Of a stretch of DNA of 11,852 bases, positions 1-7,965 are shown in pieces; position 1 is the stretch's first letter; each line of letters opens with the position of its first letter. Source of the stretch: Candidatus Hermodarchaeota archaeon (GTDB lineage Archaea; Asgardarchaeota; Hermodarchaeia; Hermodarchaeales; Hermodarchaeaceae); NCBI GenBank assembly GCA_016839365.1, contig JAEOUH010000076.1, positions 1 to 11,852 of the forward strand. Reading direction: 5' to 3'. The notes beneath the pieces are model-generated. The model saw only the letters and a list, made by a program, of their open reading frames with translations, did not search any database and was not told the origin of the DNA. A program made the translations under genes and the position numbers.

Positions 1-2
1 CC

Positions 3-116
3 CCACCTCCCCGTAGCACCAGCCGCGGCGGTTTCCGCGGCGGAGGCGGCGTCAGCTGCGCCTGCGCTTGCGCCTGCGCATCTTGTGCGTGTGCTTGTGC
101 AGGAGGAGGACGTTAA
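3..116 (+). CDS. C-terminal fragment of a protein ending in a Gly-rich and Cys-Ala repeat tail (5'-truncated by the window edge)
   Basis: Frame 3 reads PPPRSTSRGGFRGGGGVSCACACACASCACACAGGGR* with TAA at 114-116. The Cys and Ala codons vary synonymously (tgc/tgt; gcc/gct/gca/gcg), so this is a protein-level repeat rather than a DNA microsatellite. From recall, similar CACACAGGGR tails end some DUF2207-like membrane proteins; this cannot be verified here. Confidence 0.8.
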   Translation, partial: PPPRSTSRGGFRGGGGVSCACACACASCACACAGGGR

Positions 117-139
117 CAGGCGTGCGCTGAATTGAAGTT

Positions 140-1744
140 CTATTTCCCCTTCGGGTACTTTTTCAAAATATAGTGAATACGCCGTCTGTCGTAGGAAATA
201 CCGAACTTGTCAAAAACCTGTTCCGCGATTATGCCCTTTGATAATCCATGGGCATCTAGTCGTTGGACTTCATTGATGACATTCTGCGGAATGAATTCAG
301 GGTTAGTTTCTCTTCTTGCTTGTATCATCTTTGCTAATTTTTCTGCTGTTTTTTGCCTTTCATTGGCATGTAAAAAGTAGGGAAGTTTGACAGCCCTCAG
401 GACACTTCTTTGGCGTTTTATCTTAATTCGTTTTCCGTCATCGATTGATATAATCCCAAGACTTCGAAGAAGCTCTTTAACCAAAGCAATGTTAGGTTCA
501 CAAGCATTTCCAAGGGCTTGATCCTTCGTGCTTGCCCATCCATCCCCATCGTTGAGTCCTTGAATGAACTTTATGCGAATTTTAATTGGTGCTTTGATTA
601 ACCAATCTGCTTTAATCGGATCGTAAGTAGTACGCTGATTTCGTCGAAGTCCTAAACAAGTTTGGTCAATCCAAGTGAGAAGTGGTGTGTTTTCTGAGTT
701 CCAAGAATAGCAGGTATTTAAACCAGTGAAGGAATCTCGATCGCCAACTTGTTTGGCGAGTATACCGATTTTACCTAGGTAATAGCAGGTAGCCACACCA
801 ACTTGTCGACTCCAAGTGTAGCTTTTCGAAAGACGAAGATCAATACGATGGGCAGTTCGTGAGATGCTGGATTTCCCGCAGTCACTGACAATGATGCCGA
901 GAAGATAGGCGAAGGCTTCATCTTGGGTGATTGGTTCAAATTGTTTGTGCCAGTGTTCCATTTGTGGTGTATCGAGAGGGTGTGTTTGCTGGATGACTTG
1001 TTGGACTTCTGCCCATGTTTCTACGGTTGTGGGCACGTGAATGAAGGTGGTGGGGTGGAAGTTGCCTTCCATGGTGAGGGGGAGCCATTGGTGGTCGGGT
1101 TCAGGGGGTTGTTGGGGGATGCGGCGTGTGAGTTCGAGGTAGTCAGGGCGGCTTCCGTTGAGCCAGCGCATGATTTGGGAGTGGTGGATGTTGAGGGTGC
1201 GGGCGATGTCGAGGTTGGTACCGCCGTCTGTGAGGAGGGTGAGGGCGTGGAAGTATTGGGTGCAGTGGGTGAGGCGTTTGTGGTGGTGTTTGGATGCGGT
1301 GAGTTCTGGAGTGGGATAGTAGGTGGCGAGTCGGGCTAGGATGTCGTTGGTGGATGTGACGCCGTTATTCTCTTTATGAAGTTGTGTGATGATTTTGTTT
1401 GCTTGGGTTTTGGAGAGGATGCGGTCGAGTTCGTAGTAGAGGCGGGGTTTGCGGGCGTCTTGGGCCCAAGCGGTGAATTTCTGGCGAGATATTCCGAGTT
1501 CGTTTCCTAAGCGTTTGCGGTCGCCGCGTTCGAGGTGGGTTTTACCTTTGAGGAGTTGGATGAAGGTGAGGTGTAGTTCAGCTTCTCGTATGAGTTGTGG
1601 ATATTGGGGATTGCGTTTAAGCCCTGGATATTCGGTGTTGAGAATGTGGTGGAGGTGGGGGATGGTGGTGATGGGGGTGTCACCGATGTGGGGGTGCCAG
1701 AAGTTGATGGGGGCGTGGTCACGGGGTGTAGGTGGTTGGGGCAT
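140..1744 (-). CDS. Free-standing LAGLIDADG endonuclease-domain protein with multiple helix-turn-helix motifs (534 aa)
   Basis: Two LAGLIDADG-like helices: AYLLGIIVSDCG (D288) and FIQGLNDGDG (D401), followed by the typical LVKELLRSLGI block. HTH-like segments are RKRLGNELGISRQKFTAW, NLDIARTLNIHHSQIMRWLNG and the C-terminal GLSKGIIAEQVFDKFGISYDRRRIHYIL. A GTGAGG RBS-like motif lies upstream of the ATG. No intein splicing motifs are present. Confidence 0.85.
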   Translation of the reverse strand: MPQPPTPRDHAPINFWHPHIGDTPITTIPHLHHILNTEYPGLKRNPQYPQLIREAELHLTFIQLLKGKTHLERGDRKRLGNELGISRQKFTAWAQDARKPRLYYELDRILSKTQANKIITQLHKENNGVTSTNDILARLATYYPTPELTASKHHHKRLTHCTQYFHALTLLTDGGTNLDIARTLNIHHSQIMRWLNGSRPDYLELTRRIPQQPPEPDHQWLPLTMEGNFHPTTFIHVPTTVETWAEVQQVIQQTHPLDTPQMEHWHKQFEPITQDEAFAYLLGIIVSDCGKSSISRTAHRIDLRLSKSYTWSRQVGVATCYYLGKIGILAKQVGDRDSFTGLNTCYSWNSENTPLLTWIDQTCLGLRRNQRTTYDPIKADWLIKAPIKIRIKFIQGLNDGDGWASTKDQALGNACEPNIALVKELLRSLGIISIDDGKRIKIKRQRSVLRAVKLPYFLHANERQKTAEKLAKMIQARRETNPEFIPQNVINEVQRLDAHGLSKGIIAEQVFDKFGISYDRRRIHYILKKYPKGK

Positions 1745-1766
1745 GGTGGGGGCGCCTCACAGATGT
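1637..1766 (-). repeat. Dispersed repeat A, copy 1: RBS plus first ~36 codons of the LAGLIDADG gene
   Basis: Matches 11376-11509 in the same orientation. The core 1650-1727 vs 11389-11466 is 70/78 identical by manual alignment, with identical tggttggggcatggtgg and gcgcctcacagatgt blocks. Confidence 0.95.
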
Positions 1767-1790
1767 TGGTGGAGATTGGGTTTTGAACTC

Positions 1791-1840
1791 CACACTTTCT
1801 GGCGGGGTGCGGGATTTGGTTGATTTTTATGCGTTCTGGT
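1791..1840 (-). promoter_or_regulatory. Dispersed repeat B, copy 1: probable BRE/TATA promoter and transcription start region of the LAGLIDADG gene
   Basis: The minus strand reads accagaacgcATAAAAAT...(~22 nt)...gaaagtgtg and ends 47 nt before the ATG. It is 40/50 identical to 5258-5306. The promoter role is inferred from the spacing. Confidence 0.65.
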
Positions 1841-2037
1841 GGATAATTTTGGGTGTTGCAGGCAAAGCTTCAGCTGCGTCAATAAAGCGCAATATGCCCC
1901 CAACTTTCGCCGTATTGGTGAATTTAGTATCTCTTTCACTTGAAGACGGGATGGAACTACTTAGGTATGAAATATTAATAGAACGTCCACATCAAATACA
2001 TCCAAACCTTGGTCGACACAAGGATGGGCGTAGACGT

Positions 2038-4677
2038 ATGCTACGAACCTCGAAGAAACACTTCGTCCAATTCGTGATGATATGCATCCTTTTCTCATGG
2101 TGGGGTGCCACAATCCCCCGCTATACGCCAAATACTCCAGTCAACAATCTCTCCCCTCAGCACCCCATCATTTCCCAGGCGTTTTTGCAGAACTTTTTGA
2201 GTTTCGAGCGACCTTTACCCCACTCCCGTATGGCTCACTGGGATTATCACATTCTAAGAGACCGACAAAGCTCAGATCAAAGGTTCAGCCCATTCACCAG
2301 TTCTACCACTGATCTTTCCCAGACAAGAACCTGGTACACACGAACCCCCGCAACAGCCTACAGAAACCCTGTCATCCCCCCCTATCCACTGACCCTTCAT
2401 CGTCCTATCATCATTGAATCAGATGCTGAGTTTGCCAGCCAAGGATGGCCGGGGAATGGCACTCAAGAAAATCCATACACTATTTCAAATTTGAACATAA
2501 CAGCAACATTGGGGGAATCTTGCATCTTGATTGAAAATACTCGCGTTCATTTCGTTATCACAAATTGCTGGATGCATGACCAAGGCACTGGCGATGGGGT
2601 CTTGTTAGCTAATGTAACCAATGGGCTCATTGCCAACACGACATGGATTAACCTTTATTTTGGAATTACGCTCAGGTCCTCAGAGTCCATTGAGATATTC
2701 AATAACACCTTGATTGGTTCTTGGAGGGGAATCGAGGTAGTTGATGCAACTACCACGAAGATAGTCAACAACACCTGCTCCAACTCATTTTTAGGAATTG
2801 GCGCCTTCAATTCATCCTCCACAGAAATTGTCAATAACACTTTGAAAGACTGCGAATTCTTTGGATGTGAGATTTACCCTGTCAATGATAATATCATCGC
2901 CAATAATTCACTTACAAACTGTGGCTTCTTTTTCGGCGTCTGGGAAGACAGGCTGTCTCCTCTTCCATTAGTCGGAGTGGGGAGCCTTAATAATGTAGAA
3001 TCTCAGATAATCGGAAATCTCGTCAATAATCGGCCATTGATCTTTTGGCAAAGGCGAAGTGGAGGAACCGTTCCTCTGGATGTCGGTCAAATCATACTTC
3101 TTGAGTGTAATGGTGTCACTATTCAAGATCAGTATATCACCAACACCTCAATTGGCATATTCGTTGGTTTCTCTACTCATACCCAGATCGTTAATAGCAT
3201 TTGTTCACACCACACTGTGTATGGCATTTGCATTCACAATTCCACCGATATTACTGTAAACTACAACTTGTGTAGGAATAACTTCTTAGTTGGAATCTCT
3301 TTTTACCATTCACGCAACTCTGTTGTGACAAACAACACCTGCAAGCATAATGGTGTAGGTATTGACCTCCTTGAATCTAATACCAACCAGCTCCTTAACA
3401 ATACCTGTAACTCTAATCAGGAAAGAAGCTGGGCTGGGGGGGAAGGATGGGGTCACTGGTTCGGGGGAGAAGGCATTTCGATTTTTGGGGAGTCAAACGT
3501 TGTTAAGTGGAATCACTGCAATGATAATACAGGTTCTGGAATCTTTATTAGCGGTCATAATAATAGCGTTTTGGAAAATACTTGTACTAACAATGGGGTT
3601 GGCATTAGCTTTCGAATTTACCCCAATAATATTATTATTGGCAACTGCTTGATCGGTTGCGGTTTTGACTTCGAAATGCCAGATGGGGAGGTAGAGTGGC
3701 AAGATGTCGAGATTAGTGGGAATACGGTGAACGGACGTCCACTGATTTTCTGGCATGCACGAGTTAATGAGAGAGTTCCATCGGGAGCCGGGCAAATCAT
3801 CCTTTTTAATTGCAGGAACATCATAGTGGAGAGACAAAACCTCACTAATTGTCCGAACGCCCTCCTCATCAGAAACACCGACCATTCCCTCTTTGCGAAT
3901 AACCTTCTAAGTGATATAGCAGGAGATGGGATTTCTATTGCTGATTCCTTTTATAATCACTTCACAGGAAATATTATCTCGGATTGTTCGCGCGGGCTCA
4001 ACTTGGTTGACGCTTCCTACTCCTATTTCACGAACAACATCTTAAGCAACATAACACAAGAAGGAATTTGCATTATTGGGGCTGGCTCCAATCATTTCTC
4101 AGAAAATATTCTCACTAACTGTTCAGTTGGATTCTTTGTATCGGGGTCTGTCCACTGCCTTTTCAGGTATAACATTCTTTATGACAATACACACGAAGGA
4201 ATTTCATTTCTTCGATCTCACTACAATCACATCTTGGGAAATTTGCTATCAAATAATGGTTGCAACATTTGGTTTCATTCGGATTCCCAGAACAACACCG
4301 TAGAATGGAACACCTTCATTGGCAACCAAAGCACCAACGCAAATGATGATTGTAACTACTACTTACGCCCATGGGCGAACATTTTTGATCGCAATTTTTG
4401 GTCCGATTATACCGGCGTTGATGCCAATCTCGATGGCTATGGGGATACAGCCTACAATATTGCAGGAGATGCTTCTAACCGTGATCTTCACCCTATAAAG
4501 AGCCCCATAAACTTACTGGCAATTCGTTTGACACAGCGGATATTATTATTCCTTGAGAGAGTCACTATTCTACTCTTTGTGATTGTCGTAGTTATCTTGG
4601 TTTTAGCTAGATTAAGACGCGGTGCTCCCAAATCTTCTGAGGTGAGTGGGGTTAACCGGAATTCCATGAGGAGGTGA
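2038..4677 (+). CDS. Membrane-anchored right-handed parallel beta-helix (NosD/CASH/PbH1-repeat) surface protein, ~879 aa
   Basis: Signal-like N-terminus (MLRTSKKHFVQFVMICILFSWWG), the PIIIESDAEF..WPGNGTQENPYTI motif, many N-N-x..GI repeats, a NosD-type end (NFWSDYTGVDANLDGYGDTAYNI) and a C-terminal TM helix followed by RLRR. The start is moved from 1732 because the extension overlaps the divergent gene's start and promoter; ATG 1951 is an alternative. Confidence 0.85.
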   Translation: MLRTSKKHFVQFVMICILFSWWGATIPRYTPNTPVNNLSPQHPIISQAFLQNFLSFERPLPHSRMAHWDYHILRDRQSSDQRFSPFTSSTTDLSQTRTWYTRTPATAYRNPVIPPYPLTLHRPIIIESDAEFASQGWPGNGTQENPYTISNLNITATLGESCILIENTRVHFVITNCWMHDQGTGDGVLLANVTNGLIANTTWINLYFGITLRSSESIEIFNNTLIGSWRGIEVVDATTTKIVNNTCSNSFLGIGAFNSSSTEIVNNTLKDCEFFGCEIYPVNDNIIANNSLTNCGFFFGVWEDRLSPLPLVGVGSLNNVESQIIGNLVNNRPLIFWQRRSGGTVPLDVGQIILLECNGVTIQDQYITNTSIGIFVGFSTHTQIVNSICSHHTVYGICIHNSTDITVNYNLCRNNFLVGISFYHSRNSVVTNNTCKHNGVGIDLLESNTNQLLNNTCNSNQERSWAGGEGWGHWFGGEGISIFGESNVVKWNHCNDNTGSGIFISGHNNSVLENTCTNNGVGISFRIYPNNIIIGNCLIGCGFDFEMPDGEVEWQDVEISGNTVNGRPLIFWHARVNERVPSGAGQIILFNCRNIIVERQNLTNCPNALLIRNTDHSLFANNLLSDIAGDGISIADSFYNHFTGNIISDCSRGLNLVDASYSYFTNNILSNITQEGICIIGAGSNHFSENILTNCSVGFFVSGSVHCLFRYNILYDNTHEGISFLRSHYNHILGNLLSNNGCNIWFHSDSQNNTVEWNTFIGNQSTNANDDCNYYLRPWANIFDRNFWSDYTGVDANLDGYGDTAYNIAGDASNRDLHPIKSPINLLAIRLTQRILLFLERVTILLFVIVVVILVLARLRRGAPKSSEVSGVNRNSMRR

Positions 4678-4681
4678 ATTT

Positions 4682-5176
4682 TTGACTGATCTTCGTGACA
4701 AATTGATAGCACTAGATCGGGAGGGTTTAGAACAGGAGGCTGCACGGCTCGGGATTAGTGTCACTGAGTCAATGAGCCGGGCTGAGCTAATTATTGCGAT
4801 TGAGACCGTGAATGCCCATCATGAATTGGGTGCCATTCAATCCTTCCGGGAATATCGTGTCCTCATTTCTGGTCTCATCTTGGTAACCATAGCCACAATT
4901 GTATGGGCCTTTGACACGTATTTACTACTAGCAGGCCTCCATGTCATATTTTTTGATGTTGTATCATCACTGATCCCTTCATTGATTTACTGGGTGCTCC
5001 GCGCCCTAGGAGGCTGCTTGATTGCAGCGGCGCTAATTTCTCTTGCGTTCAAAAAGGGTGACGAGAGAATGACTCCGGTTGTTAGAGGTGCCCTAATTAC
5101 TGTGACTGTACTTATCATCATTATCGTGATTATCTCTATACCTTTTCCAGGTAATTGGTTAACGATGTATCCCTGA
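4682..5176 (+). CDS. 3-TM membrane protein with an N-terminal Rho_N/HeH-like helix-extension-helix domain (164 aa)
   Basis: TTG start preceded by a strong GGAGGTGA RBS (4670-4677) that overlaps the upstream stop. The N-terminal LIALDREGLEQEAARLGISVTESMSRAELIIAIE resembles the Rho N-terminal domain pattern. Three hydrophobic segments follow. Confidence 0.8.
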   Translation: MTDLRDKLIALDREGLEQEAARLGISVTESMSRAELIIAIETVNAHHELGAIQSFREYRVLISGLILVTIATIVWAFDTYLLLAGLHVIFFDVVSSLIPSLIYWVLRALGGCLIAAALISLAFKKGDERMTPVVRGALITVTVLIIIIVIISIPFPGNWLTMYP

Positions 5177-5217
5177 CGAATCATCACAACAACTGAATTG
5201 TATATGAGGTAAACAAC

Positions 5218-5337
5218 ATGACTGACAAAGGGGCGTCTTCAAGGCACAATGTGTATGCACACTTTCAGGGGGGCGCGGGGTTCGCCTCGTTTATATGCGT
5301 TCTGGTCAACATTGTAGGGCTGGCTGGGGTTGGTTAG
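5218..5337 (+). CDS. Possible small ORF (39 aa) or 5' remnant of an interrupted gene
   Basis: TGAGGT RBS 7 nt before ATG 5218. It reads MTDKGASSRHNVYAHFQGGAGFASFICVLVNIVGLAGVG* and overlaps repeat B copy 2. Confidence 0.35.
   Translation: MTDKGASSRHNVYAHFQGGAGFASFICVLVNIVGLAGVG
5258..5306 (-). repeat. Dispersed repeat B, copy 2: orphan copy of the LAGLIDADG gene's promoter-like block
   Basis: cacactttcaggggggcgcggggttcgcctcgtttatatgcgttctggt vs cacactttctggcggggtgcgggatttggttgatttttatgcgttctggt at 1791-1840: 40/50 identical, with exact 9-nt and 13-nt ends. Confidence 0.85.
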
Positions 5338-5512
5338 TGCGCTTGTGCCCGCAGTTATCGGAAAAAGTCGTGGCTAAAATGATTGCATTCACGTTAATCC
5401 AAAGATTGTTCGATGTTTTATGGGGTTCATTGGTTTTTGTCGTATTTGTTGGCATGCATGGTGTGCTATCTTTTTAACCGGTGATTGCTCACCCCGCGGT
5501 GAGGTCATTATT

Positions 5513-6025
5513 ATGGCCGAAATGAATATACCTGGATGGTTTCGCTGGATCTTAATGCTGTTTGGACTAGTTATTATCATTCTTGCTGCAGCGCTGTTTG
5601 TACTGCTGATTGAATACTATCTGTTCATTGTCATCGTCGTGATATTCATCTTAATTGGGTTCTTGTCGATTATCCGCGTTTTCATAAAGTTTCGAGGCTG
5701 GCTTCGGTTCCTAAAATTAATTCTTAATATCATCATCATCATTCTGGCAATCGTTGTCTACATGTTCTATGGGGTCTATCCGATAGAATGGCTCTTTTGG
5801 ATGCTGAGTGTGGGTCTGATACTCGATGGTCTGGACTGGCTTCTCGTAATGTTTGTGGCTGGCCCCGAAGGAGTATACAAATGGTTAGGACTCCTCTTCG
5901 GTCTCATTGAACTAGTGCTCGCGGCGGTTGTCTTCGTGATGATTGCTTACGCATGGTGGCTTCTAGCTGGCGCTGTAATTCTCAGTGGATTGAATCTGTT
6001 GATTAACGGTTTTATTGCAAAATAG
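5513..6025 (+). CDS. DUF308/HdeD-like multi-pass membrane protein (170 aa, ~6 TM)
   Basis: Very hydrophobic, with duplicated helical-hairpin patterns (WILMLFGLVIIILA / WLGLLFGLIELVLA). ATG 5513 is chosen for the GGTGAGG RBS at 5498-5504 and TTTTTAA at 5471-5477. The family assignment is by pattern only. Confidence 0.75.
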   Translation: MAEMNIPGWFRWILMLFGLVIIILAAALFVLLIEYYLFIVIVVIFILIGFLSIIRVFIKFRGWLRFLKLILNIIIIILAIVVYMFYGVYPIEWLFWMLSVGLILDGLDWLLVMFVAGPEGVYKWLGLLFGLIELVLAAVVFVMIAYAWWLLAGAVILSGLNLLINGFIAK

Positions 6026-6027
6026 AC

Positions 6028-6067
6028 TTGTGACATTCACTGTTGAGTGTCACAATTTCTTTTTTTT
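6028..6067 (+). terminator. Hairpin plus oligo-T terminator
   Basis: 12-bp stem ttgtgacattca / tgagtgtcacaa (one G-U pair) with a 4-nt loop, followed by tttctttttttt. It begins 2 nt after the stop at 6025. Confidence 0.85.
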
Positions 6068-6182
6068 CGCCCATCGAGAAGTTCGTCCAACACCTTCAAT
6101 TCATCGCAGTCATCATCTTCTCTCTACAGTTGCGGAAGGTGGTCACTGACAGCCTTGTGCTGCAATAGTTGAATTCGAACGA

Positions 6183-7748
6183 CTATTTGTCAAATCTTGG
6201 TGTTGGGTGTCGAAGGATGACTTGGGTTTGTAGAGTGGTAAACTCTAATGGACTTAGAAGCGGTCCGAGGTGGTGGATGTTTATCCATATTATGGCGTTG
6301 GGAGGGCATGTTATGGAAATGGTGGTGTCTGTGGTTGTGCTTGGCGGGGTCCAGTCGCCATATTGCTGGAGTCCTGCGCTTGACAATATTCGAGTCGAAA
6401 TTATAAAGGTGCCCGCTGGGGCATTATGGAGGGTGATATGGGTGGTTGTTGAACGGGATCCATGGTTAGCGATGAGAATCGTGTAATTGTGTTGGCCCGG
6501 TCCTTGCGTTGCCAGGACGCTGGGGGGAACCGGCATGGGGAACAGGGTAGGTGAAGGAACCAGGGTAGAGTTCACTATGGATTGCCCCATGATTGCGGCA
6601 AAGGGTTTCAGAGCATGAAATGTGGGTTTAGGGGTTGTAGGGTTACGCGTGAGTAAACCAAAGTTAGCTTCGTCACCAAAAATCGTGGTAACGCTGGGAT
6701 GAATCGGGACATCTTTGGCAAAGCCGAAACAGGCGACGTCAATGCCGTGGTGTGCGGCACTCACTAACACATGGGTAATGTGCAGGGCTGCGGTCATCGT
6801 ACCCCATTCGGTATCCGAGAGGAGGTCAAGCCCGTATTCATCGAACACCCGGTCAATGTGTCCAAAGCCATGGTTCGTCAGCAAAGTAGTTCCGGTTTCA
6901 ATGACTCCGACAACTTGTGCGGGTTGATTCCAATACGCATGCCAGGAGAAAAAGTCTAGAGGAAGTCCCAAGCCATTGACATGTCCTAAGAAGCTCGTGG
7001 TCCAATCACTAAAGTTGATGTCCGCAAGTCCTGGGCCACCAATTTTGAATGAACCCCCTATTGTTTTCAAGCGTTGCGATACGGTAGAATATAATTGAAG
7101 AAATTCTTGTTTAGAACCATTCCAAAAGGCTGGCAGATTGGGTTCGTTTCCAATTTCGATGTAATCAAAATTGAAAATTTGTCCTGACATTCCTGGCCAT
7201 CCTAGCTCGTAATGCATCACTACATGGGCGACCACTTCTGCATAAATTGTAAAGTTATCAGGTGGGCTGTTTGGTGCCCAGTTGGTTGCTAGGGACCTTG
7301 GACACCCCAGAAACGTCAAGATGGGTTGGGCTCCACTGTTATTGACCACTTCAACGAGTAGATTGAGATAGGTCCAGTTATAGAAATTGGGGTTTTGTGC
7401 ATCCGTAAAGGTTGAACCATTGAAGATGGTGTGGTACCATCCCCATCCGGAACTGGCGGCTAACTGCCATCCGAATCGACACCAGACGCGGAGCCGCTGC
7501 AGACCGAGGTTGCGGAACAGCTCATAGGCGACAGTATCTTGATACAATCCTGTTACATCTGGTCCATAGGAATTCACACCCGCAAGCTGGTTTACTGTGC
7601 CAGTTACCTGGCTGGTTTCAACTTGTAGCTCGAATTCAACCGGCGGAAGAATTACGAAGGTTAACACCAGCCATACACCTAGACTCAGTATAAGGAACAC
7701 TGTCACAATAGCGATTACCAATCGTCGCCGCACGGTCAACGCTTCCAT
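6183..7748 (-). CDS. Membrane-anchored clan GH-A glycoside hydrolase, GH39 (beta-xylosidase/alpha-L-iduronidase)-like
   Basis: N-terminal RRR plus a TM helix; YNWTYLN, YIEIGNEPN (acid/base Glu), KIGGPG, LDFFSWHAY, VFDEYG (nucleophile Glu) and NFGLL..TPKPTF. The start could also be 7790 or 7820. Confidence 0.85.
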   Translation of the reverse strand: MEALTVRRRLVIAIVTVFLILSLGVWLVLTFVILPPVEFELQVETSQVTGTVNQLAGVNSYGPDVTGLYQDTVAYELFRNLGLQRLRVWCRFGWQLAASSGWGWYHTIFNGSTFTDAQNPNFYNWTYLNLLVEVVNNSGAQPILTFLGCPRSLATNWAPNSPPDNFTIYAEVVAHVVMHYELGWPGMSGQIFNFDYIEIGNEPNLPAFWNGSKQEFLQLYSTVSQRLKTIGGSFKIGGPGLADINFSDWTTSFLGHVNGLGLPLDFFSWHAYWNQPAQVVGVIETGTTLLTNHGFGHIDRVFDEYGLDLLSDTEWGTMTAALHITHVLVSAAHHGIDVACFGFAKDVPIHPSVTTIFGDEANFGLLTRNPTTPKPTFHALKPFAAIMGQSIVNSTLVPSPTLFPMPVPPSVLATQGPGQHNYTILIANHGSRSTTTHITLHNAPAGTFIISTRILSSAGLQQYGDWTPPSTTTDTTISITCPPNAIIWINIHHLGPLLSPLEFTTLQTQVILRHPTPRFDK

Positions 7749-7900
7749 TTCTCGGTCTAGCCATCGTCTTGTATTTAGCTTAACCTGCATTCTGCTATGT
7801 ACTTGATTAGGCTGCCTCAAAGAATTGGTGTTGTGAGGATTCTTCTTGTTGTTGGGCGATGTATGATAAGAATCCTTGAGTACCCTTACTTTGAGGGTGA

Positions 7901-7925
7901 TTTAGTAATATTTATGACGTTTCTG
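7901..7925. promoter_or_regulatory. Probable divergent BRE/TATA promoter region between the GH39-like gene and the ABC operon
   Basis: AT-rich tttagtaatatttatg. The minus strand reads cagaaacgtcATAAATAT, similar to cagaacgcATAAAAAT upstream of the LAGLIDADG gene. Confidence 0.5.
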
Positions 7926-7965
7926 CGATAAGTAGGGGGGAACCTAATGGTTCGTACAACTGGAG

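Noticed and set aside
55-101. Microsatellite or CRISPR-like repeat (tgcgcc)n
   Set aside because: Explained by Cys-Ala codons with synonymous variation. There is no repeat-spacer structure anywhere in the window.
140-1744. Intein- or intron-encoded homing endonuclease
   Set aside because: No splice-junction residues, and no interrupted host gene, rRNA or tRNA is visible on the flanks.
923-1823. Plus-strand ORFs 923-1339, 1449-1823 and 1595-1786 (and similarly 11248-11553 and 11550-11804)
   Set aside because: Shadow ORFs caused by stop-poor G/T-rich sequence opposite to, or out of frame with, better supported genes.
1732-2037. N-terminal extension of the 981-aa ORF
   Set aside because: It overlaps the start and promoter of the divergent gene. 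A signal-like sequence begins only at ATG 2038.
127-5200. Shared 8-mer ctgaattg at 127-134 and 5193-5200 as an element end
   Set aside because: Too short to distinguish from chance, with no extended similarity.
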